Source: Mobula birostris
Lineage: Eukaryota
NCBI RefSeq assembly: GCF_030028105.1
Contig: NC_092370.1
Coordinates: forward strand, 232,854,005-232,918,004
DNA length: 64,000 nucleotides
Direction: 5' to 3'
Below the pieces are notes generated by a model, which saw only the letters and a program-made list of their open reading frames with translations, was not told the DNA's origin and did no database searches. The translations under genes and the position numbers were made by a program. Each line of letters begins with the position of its first letter. The stretch's first letter is position 1. Below are positions 55,801-64,000 of the stretch, piece after piece.

Positions 55801-58800
55801 GGTTTTCGATCAAACTAATGCACCCTCCATTTGTATGAGAAACTCAATCATACTGTGATCACTCTTCCTGAGAGGATCCCTAACTACAAGATCACTAATT
55901 TTACCTGTCTCATTGCACAGGACTAGATCTAAGATAGCACACTCCCTTGTAAGTTCAGCAATATGCTATTCAAGAAAGCCATCACAGATGCATTCTATGA
56001 AGTCCTCCTCAAGACTACCTCAACCAACTTGATTCACCCAGTCTATGTGCAAGTTAAAGTACCCTATGATAACTCTGTTCCATTCTTACATGCCTCTGAT
56101 ATTACTGTGCCACTGCAATGTTATTATTTGGTGGCTGATAGACAACTCGCACCAGTGATTTTTTTCCCGTTACTATTTCTAATCTGTACCCAGATGGATT
56201 CAATATCTGTTCCTTAGATCTTGCATCGTCTCTCACTTTCGCCCTGATCCCATCCTTAATTAACAGCACTACCCCATCTCCTTTACCTTGCTGCCTATCC
56301 TTCCGTATTACCTGATATCCTTGGATATTTAATTCCCAATCCTCTCCACCCTGCAATCACATTTCTGTAATGGCCACTAAATCATACCCCTTTATTCTGA
56401 TTTGTGCCACAAATTCAATGACCGTGTTACAAATAATACAGGCATTCAGATAAGGTGCCCAAGGATCCATTCTTCTCTCAGCATAAGAACACAAGATATT
56501 CACAAGGCTATTTGGCCCATCGAGTCTGCTCTGACATTTCATCATGGCTGATCCATTTCCCTCTCAGCACCAATCCCCTGCCTTCTCCCCGTATCCTGCA
56601 CAAGGACTCCCAAGTCCCATTGCACCTCAGATTTTTGAACTTTCTCTCCATTTAGAAAATATTCAACGCTTTTATTTCTTCTACCAAAGTGCATGACCAT
56701 ACACTTCCCAACACTGAATCCCATCAACATACATAAAAGTTGCTGGTGAACACAGCAGGCCAGGCAGCATCTCTAGGAAGAGGTGCAGTCGACGTTTCAG
56801 GCCGAGACCCTTCGTCAGGACTAACTGAAGGAAGAGTGAGTAAGGGATTTGAAAGTTGGAGGGGGAGGGGGAGATCCAAAATGATAGGAGAAGACAAGAG
56901 GGGGTGGGATGGAGCCAAGAGCTGGACAGGTGATAGGCAAAAGGGATACGAGAGGATCATGGGACAGGAGGTCTGGGAAGAAAGACGGGGGGTGGGGGGG
57001 GGCCCCCAGAGGATGGGCAAGGGGTATATTCAGAGGGACAGAGGGAGAAAAAGGAGAGTGAGAGAAAGAATGTGTGTACGAAAATAAGTAACAGATGGGG
57101 TACGAGGGGGAGGTGGGGCATTAGCGGAAGTTAGAGAAGTCGATGTTCATGCCATCAGGTTGGAGGCTACCTAGACGGACTATAAGGTGTTGTTCCTCCA
57201 ACCTGAGGGTGGCTTCATCTTTACAGTAGAGGAGGCCGTGGATAGACATGTCAGAATGGGAATGGGATGTGGAATTAAAATGTGTGGCCACTGGGAGATC
57301 CTGCTTTCTCTGGCGGACAGAGCGTAGGTGTTCAGCAAAGCAGTCTCCCAGTCTGCGTCGGGTCTCGCCAATATATAAAAGGCCACATCGGGAGCACTGG
57401 ACGCAGTATATCACTCCAGCCGACTCACAGGTGAAGTGTTGCCTCACCTGGAAGGACTGTTTGGGGCCCTGAATGGTGGTAAGGGAGGAAGTGTAAGGGC
57501 ATGTGTAGCACTTGTTCCGCTTACACGGATAAGTGCCAGGAGGGAGATCAGTGGGGAGGGATGGGGGGGAAGAATGGACAAGGGAGTTGCGTAGGGAGCG
57601 ATCCCTGCGGAATGCAGGGGGGGGGGCGGAGGGAAAGATGTGCTTAGTGGTGGGATCCCGTTGGAGGTGGCGGAAGTTACGGAGAATAATATGTTGGACC
57701 CGGAGGCTGGTGGGTGGTAGGTGAGGACCAGCGGAACCCTATTCCTAGTGGGGTGGCGGGAGGATGGAGTGAGGGCAGATGTACATGAAATGGGGGAGAT
57801 GCGTTTAAGAGCAGAGTTGATAGTGGAGGAAGGGAAGCCCCTTTCTTTAAAAAAGGAAGACATCTCCCTCATCCTAGAATGAAAAGCCTCATCCTGAGAG
57901 CAGATGCGGCGGAGACAGAGGAATTGCGAGAAGGGGATGGCGTTTTTGCAAGAGACAGGGTGAGAAGAGGAATAGTCCAGATAGCTGTGAGAGTCAGTAG
58001 GCTTATAGTAGACATCAGTGGATAAGCTGTCTCCAGAGACAGAGACAGAAAGATCTAGAAAGGGGAGGGAGATGTCGGAAATGGACCAGGTAAACTTGAG
58101 GGCAGGGTGAAAGTTGGAGGCAAAGTTAATAAAGTCAACGAGCTCTGCATGCGTGCAGGAAGCAGCGCCAATGCAGTCGTCAATGTAGCGAAGGAGAAGT
58201 GGGGGACAGATACCAGAATAGGCACAGAACACAGATTGTTCCACAAAGCCAACAAAAAGGCAGGCATAGCTAGGACCCATACGGGTGCCCATAGCTACAC
58301 CTTTAGTTTGGAGGAAGTGGGAGGAGCCAAAGGAGAAATTATTAAGAGTAAGGACTAATTCCGCTAGACGGAGCAGAGTGGTGGTAGAGGGGAACTGATT
58401 AGGTCTGGAATCCAAAAAGAAGCGGAGAGCTTTGAGACCTTCCTGATGGGGTATGGAAGTATATAAGGACTGGACATCTATGGTGAAAATAAAGCGGTGG
58501 GGGCCAGGGAACTTAAAATCATCGAAAAGTTTAAGAGCATGAGAAGTGTCACAAACATAGGTAGGAAGGGATTGAACAAGGGGGGATAAAACAGTGTTGA
58601 GGTATGCAGAAATGAGTTCGGTGGGGCAGGAGCAAGCTGAGACAATAGGTCGGCCAGGACAGGCAGGTTTATGGATTTTGGGTAGGAGGTAGAAACGGGA
58701 AGTGCGAGGTGTGGGAACTATAAGGTTGGTAGCAGTGGATGGGAGATCCCCTGAGCGGATAAAGTCGGTGATGGTGTGGGAGACAATGGCCTGGTGCTCC

Positions 58801-61800
58801 TTAGTGGGGTCACGATCGAGGGGTGAATAAGAGGAGGTATCCGCGAGTTGTCGCTGTGCCTCGGCAAGGTAGAGGTCAGTACGCCAGACTACAACAGCAC
58901 CCCCCTTATCGGCGGGTTTAATAATAAGGTTAGGATTAGTGCAGAGGGAGTGGAGAGCAGAGTGTTCCGAAGGAGTGAGGTTGGAATGGGGACAAGGTGC
59001 GGTGAAGTCGAGACGGTTGATGTCCCGTTGGCAGTTAGCAATAAAGAGATCCAGAGCAAGCAGAAGACCAGAGTGGGGTGTCCATGAAGAAGAGGAGGGT
59101 TGAAGACAGGAGAAGGGGTCATCGGTGGGGATGGAAGAGTCCTTGCCGAAGAAGTAGGCTCGGAGACAGAGGAAGAACAGTTCCGCATCATGGCGAACAC
59201 GGAACTCGCTGAGGTGTGGGCTAAGGGGGACAAGGGTGAGGCTCTTACTGAGGACAGAGCGCTCTGCCTCCGACAGTTGAAGGTCGGAGGGGATGGTAAA
59301 GACCCGGCACGGATGAGAGCTGGGATCAGAGGGGGGAGGGGAGAGGCTAGGGGTGTCAATGGAGAGGGGTGGGTTGGGGTGAGAGGAAGATGGAGCCTTT
59401 GAGGACCCAGGAGCTGACGATGGGATCTGAAGGAGATGGAATTGCAGAGTGGTGGTGGGGGAAGTGGAGACGGGAGTCACAATAGCAGCACATAAAGACC
59501 CGGCCTGGAGTTCAAGGCTGGAGTCGCAGTTGGTGGTTGCGCAATCGCTTCGAATGTGTCCATGGTCGTTGCTGGAGTCCGGGTTTGAATCCCATCAGTC
59601 ACTTTTCTGCCCATTCTCCTAATCTGTCCTTCTGCAGCCTCTCCACCTCCTAAAAACTACCTGCCCCACCACCTATTTTTATATCACCTGAAAACTCGGC
59701 CACAAATCCATCAATTCCATCATCCAAATCATTGACATATAACGTAAAAAGAAGCGGTCCCAACCCAGACTTTTTGGAACATCACTAGTCACTGGCAGCC
59801 AACCAGAAAAAGCTCCCCTTTATGAACATAAAAAGAATGAATCATATTATAGAAAACTTTGTTCCAAAGAAGTTATTTTCTTTGTTTTTTTGTTCTAATT
59901 GTGTTCTTTCTTGTAAAAATTGTGTATAATTTATTTTTCGTGATAATGTACATCAGGTGCTACATTCCTGTGATGCAACTCCCAAGTTTTTTATTGCATC
60001 TTTGCATACACGTATTTGTGCCTATGGCAAAAAACATGGCTTTGATATTTGTACCTAACCAGTGGAAACAATGCTACTTTTTATTAAAATTCTCATCTTT
60101 CAGTCAATGCTTAATATTCTCACAATTAATTACTTATGGTGTCCCAAACTGTATCTGTCTAGCATCTTATGCCCACATTTGTTTGCTGTTCTAGTTTACA
60201 CATTTACACTTTCTCCACACCCACTTGCAATTCTAACATTAATGTATCCAACCCAAAAATCACTTCACTGCTCTGTACCAGTTGAAATTTCACAACTGTA
60301 GGCACATGCTACTGTACATCCTTACTTCAAAACTTTATTTTTCATAGTCCCTGCTAACAGGTTGCCTCTCTGTCTGTTTTAAGTATTTATGGAATTTCTT
60401 AAAATCTGTTGTAGTTTGCCATTTCCCGATATTTCCTCACACAATTAATAAGATAGATTAAATAAAAGCAGATCTCTGTGAAATACCGATTAGCCTTCTC
60501 CTCATTCTGGACTTTACAAGGGATTTCAATGCTGCATTTAATTTTAAAATCTAAAACATATAGTTGATCCATTCAAGATAGGAAAGAAAAGATTCAGCTT
60601 ATATTTATTATCACAGAGTATGATTAAAGTTACTGAATACTTACAAATGGAAGAAGACATTTCTTCACTGATCCAAACTGTCCAAAATAATCCTTGATTT
60701 CTTCTGCAAAAACACAGATTCATTAATTCAATAACTTTTTTTTTAAATGTTCGATTACTTCTATAAGTTATTCCTGCAGGAACACTGCAAACATTTTTCA
60801 GCCACTTACTTTTCCATTTCCCAAGGCTACCATACAACTTTCCCAGCTTAGAAGTTTCTTTCCAAGAGCTGAACGATATTGACTAAAAATATGTAAAATA
60901 CCACCTCAGAAACTATCCATTCTCAGTTTTGTACATTCTACTTTATGGAATAGGGAGTCAGGGAGCAGATGTAATTTAACGTAGAGAGTTACAGATTTTG
61001 AAAGGCAAAGACAGGAATTGCAAGAGAATGCAAAAAGAAGATATTGAAGGGAAGATTCAGTGTTCAAAAAGGCATTATTTGTTGAAAAGAACTGTATTAG
61101 AACTTTAAATTAACTCATTTTTGTAATGTTAGTGGCTCACACAGCATTTACTGTCTATTCCATCAAAACTTGCCACTGAGAAAATAGTGGATAGCAAGTT
61201 TTCATAAAATGACTTACCAAGTGAAAAGGTAAATATTCCCTGTTTTTTTCCATAATTATTTTCACAAGAAGAATCACTCTCCTTGCTTTTCTATATTCTG
61301 ACTATAAGCAGATCTGATTTCTTTGCATCCCAAGTAAAAGACGTCAACACAGTGTGAATAAGAAATGAAGCAAACAATCTCGTTCCAATTTCAGATGCTG
61401 CCCGACTTGTTTAGTATCCCCAGCACTTTGTTAATTGAACTGAATTGAACTGACTTTATTACTTACATCCTTCAAACACGAGTAAAAATCTTTGTTACAT
61501 CTCCATTCAAATGTACAATTTGCAAGTATAATAATTTATAATAAGTAGTATGTACAACAGGATAATCAATATAGCATAGAAGTACAGTAGCATCAGTGTG
61601 AATTAATCAGTCTGATGGCCTGGTGGAAGAAGCTGTCCCGGAGCCTATTGGTCCTGACTTTTATGCAGTTTCCCAGATGGTAGCAGCTGGAACAGTTTGT
61701 AGTTGGGGTGACTCCGGTCTCCAATGATCCTTCAGGCCCTTTTTACACACCTGTCTTTGCAAGTGTCCTGAATAGTGGGAATTTTACATCTACAGATGCG

Positions 61801-63845
61801 CTGGGCTGTCCACACCACTCTCTGCAGAGTCCTGCGATTGAGGGAAGTACAGTCCCCATACCAGGCAGAGGTGCAGCCAGTCAAGATGCTCTCAATCGTG
61901 CCCCTATAGAAAGTTCTTAGAACTTGTGGGGCCATACCAAACTTATTCAATCGTTTGAGGTGAAAGAGGTGTTGTTGTACCTCTTAAAGCTGTTCACCCT
62001 CTCAACCCCAGATCCATTGATGTCTATAGGGTTTAGCCTGTCTCCGTTCCTCCTGTAGTCCACAACCAGCTCCTTTGTTTTTGCGATGTTGAGGGAGAGG
62101 TTGTTGTCTTGACACCACTGTGTCAGGTGATGACTTCCTCTCTGTAAGCTGCCTCATTATTATTCGAGATAAGGCCAATCAGTGTAGTGTCATCGGCAAA
62201 TTTAATTAGCAGATTGGAGCTGTGGGTAGTGATACAGCCATGGGTATATAGACAGTAAAGGAGGGGGGCTTAGTACACAGCCCTGAGGGGCACCTGTGTT
62301 GAGTGTAAGAGGGGCAGAGGTGAGACCTCCTACAACAAAGTGCATGATAATTACCTCCACAGATACTACTCAACCAGCTCAATTCCTCCAGCATCTTGTG
62401 CATAGTTAAGGACAATTCCGGATGCTTTAATGGAAACAATTATAAGATGAATAAGGCACCTTAGAAGGGACAGCCTGTTTTCCTTCGAAGTAACAAGTCA
62501 AAGACATACCAAATGTATCCCCATTTCCTTAGCCCTCTCCCTGTTGCTCAGTAAGTTAACATTCCATGGACGTCCATCAATTTCCTTTCAATAGCTTGAA
62601 TTGACACTATCCATTTCCCTTATCAGCAATACAAAATAAGAGGAGAAAATGCTGGAAACACTCAGAAAACAAACAAGAGTTACCATTTCAAGTCAAAGAC
62701 TCTTTATCAGTGGTAGAAACAGTTCCACGTTATTCACTTACCTCATCAAAGAACCCATCTCATTGTGAGTAATCAAGGTTTCCCTCCCACCCTGGTCATC
62801 CTCTCTTCTCCCATCTCTCAGGGATACTTTATTGATCCCAAAAGAAATTACAGTATCACAGTTGCATTTTAAGTGCACATATATACAAATATCAGAAGAG
62901 AAGTAAAAAAATAAAATAATTACCTCAAATAGTCTAAGGGAGGGAGTCATTGCATATCACCAGACTCAAGGACTGCTTTTAACCCAGTTATAATTGACTC
63001 TTGAATGGACCACTGATGGGCTACAAGAGCAACACTTGATCTGGCTCATCATAGCCCTAGCACTTTATTTGTCTGCCTGCACTGCACTTGCTCTGCAATA
63101 GTCTATATATACCCTGGATTCTATTTTCTTTTTACTACATTGAATAACTTCGGTATGGCTTAATATCATACAACTTAGTATTATAATTTAGGTATGGCTG
63201 ATCTGTCTGGCTGACATGCAAAGGGTTTTCACTGTAACTCAGTACACGTGAATGATAAACCAGTACTAATACAAAATATTACACTTAAATTCCAATGGCG
63301 GGTTTTCAACTTAAAACCAAAGTTTTGTTTCTCTATCCGCCGACGCTCCATGTGGAAGTTCAGTGTTTTAATTTTAAAATACAAAACGCAGGGTTATATG
63401 TTCATAAATATGAGAGATTCTGCAGATGCCAGAAATTCACAGCAACACACACAAAATGCTGGAGGAACTGAGCAGGTCAGGGACATCTATGATGGAGAAC
63501 AGGCAGCATTTTGGGACGACAACCTTCACAAGTCCTGATGAAGGGTCTCAGCCCGAAACGTTGACTGTTTATTCCTCTCCACAGATGCTGCCTGAGCTGC
63601 TGAGCACCTCCAACATTTTATGGGTTATATATTCAGTTCGGGTGCATGACCAAGGTTGCTATTGCCCAGGGTCGGGGCCCACTCCTCCATCGCCCACTAG
63701 CTTAATTTTTAAAAAATCACTCGCACGCAAAGGCATTCCCCCCGAGCAACGGAAAGCAAAGTCGGCGTCACTCACTGTTTGCCAGGGTCCAGGGAACGCG
63801 AGAGATGAAGACCTCGAAAACCTTTCGGGACGGTGGTGCCGCCAT
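49754..63845 (-). CDS. SLIRP: SRA stem-loop-interacting RNA-binding protein, mitochondrial (single RRM), 4 coding exons, 102 aa
   Basis: Exons 63845-63776, 60703-60645, 50886-50779, 49825-49754 give 309 nt, all GT-AG. Protein: [102 protein letters not shown]. The LPFDKETGFH motif and convergent synteny with SNW1 are diagnostic. The ORF track misses it. Confidence 0.96.
50779..50886 (-). CDS. SLIRP: SLIRP exon 3
   Basis: ttacag|[36 protein letters not shown]|gtaatt. Confidence 0.96.
52165..53040 (+). mobile_element. Rex1/Babar-type 3' fragments
   Basis: [10 protein letters not shown] and SGRRYRSLK motifs. Confidence 0.6.
53610..56460 (-). mobile_element. CR1 LINE ORF2 relic (APE to RT to 3' UTR)
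   Basis: [34 protein letters not shown] and SKFADDTKL motifs; CR1 3' tail. Confidence 0.9.
56727..59585 (-). mobile_element. Penelope-like element (Neptune type; RT plus GIY-YIG), 5'-truncated, frameshifted near 57720
   Basis: ORF 59480-57444 has [47 protein letters not shown] and LPFLD; GIY-YIG at 57447-57121; 12-bp TSD TGAATCCCATCA at 56715-56726 and 59586-59597. Confidence 0.95.
56787..56822 (-). ncRNA. Minimal type-I hammerhead ribozyme motif in a Penelope pseudo-LTR
   Basis: AGUC-CUGACGA-AGG GUCUCGG CCU-GAAA-CG-UC-GACU: stem I AGUC/GACU, intact core, stem II, palindromic ACGU stem III, GUC cleavage triplet. Confidence 0.8.
60645..60703 (-). CDS. SLIRP: SLIRP exon 2
   Basis: tttgcag|(K)[19 protein letters not shown]|gtaagt. 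Confidence 0.96.
61435..62330 (-). mobile_element. Rex1/Babar LINE 3' fragment
   Basis: [36 protein letters not shown]; (TTCAA)n-like tail. Confidence 0.8.
63531..63566 (+). ncRNA. Minimal hammerhead ribozyme motif in a fold-back mini-element
   Basis: AGUC-CUGAUGA-A-GGGU CUCA GCCC-GAAA-CG-UU-GACU. Confidence 0.72.
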
Positions 63846-64000
63846 GCCGACTCCCCGATGATGACTCCTGACCTCCGACCCGCGAGGCTGACGATCAAAA
63901 GACAACACGCGTTCCCCGTCAAAATAAAACTTCGATAAATTAACATATATCTGCTGTGATTCCTAGTTGTTTTTGAGGCGGCTGGCGGTGATTACAGTGG
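63660..64000. promoter_or_regulatory. CpG island / SLIRP promoter (shared with ALKBH1 in other vertebrates)
   Basis: Sharp rise in CpG density around SLIRP exon 1. Confidence 0.7.
63776..63845 (-). CDS. SLIRP: SLIRP exon 1
   Basis: ggcATGGCG... [23 protein letters not shown]|gtgagt, within a CpG island. Confidence 0.95.

Larger units (their letters stand above)
56480..59820 (-). mobile_element. Second CR1 fragment, split by the Penelope insertion
   Basis: [11 protein letters not shown]...DLGVLVQ on the left side; CR1 RT sequence resumes after the TSD at 59597. Confidence 0.75.

Noticed and set aside
63426-63938. 170-aa + strand ORF
   Set aside because: It is a composite of a pLTR fold-back repeat and the antisense of SLIRP exon 1 in GC-rich DNA; it does not resemble ALKBH1.
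1-64000. CRISPR arrays, rRNA or prokaryotic systems
   Set aside because: The sequence is spliced vertebrate DNA; there are no regularly spaced repeat-spacer arrays and no rRNA similarity.

Overview
Eukaryotic, AT-rich, repeat-dense vertebrate genomic DNA. The repeat repertoire (V-SINE/HE1-like SINEs, CR1, Neptune-type Penelope, Rex1/Babar) suggests a cartilaginous fish, probably a ray; this is an inference. Two complete genes can be assembled by hand. SNW1/SKIP is on the + strand with 14 coding exons (19589-49456, 1614 nt, 537 aa). SLIRP is on the - strand with 4 coding exons (63845-49754, 309 nt, 102 aa). They are convergent, with stop codons about 300 bp apart. SNW1 has a ZNF143-type bidirectional promoter with a candidate divergent non-coding exon (ADCK1 by synteny). 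The rest is mobile DNA: a TSD-flanked L1, two Neptune-like Penelope elements, a Tigger/pogo element, a HERO fragment, CR1, Rex/Babar, Tc1 and hAT MITEs, and SINEs. Three observations stand out. (1) A Tigger element is inserted into the TA of the SNW1 exon-3 splice donor, and its TIR almost exactly rebuilds that donor. (2) About 10 dispersed minimal hammerhead-ribozyme motifs are carried by Penelope pseudo-LTRs and by short fold-back derivatives, some in sense orientation within host introns. (3) A Penelope insertion with inverted pseudo-LTRs replaces the RT catalytic core of the L1. Exon coordinates were read base by base; most repeat boundaries are approximate.
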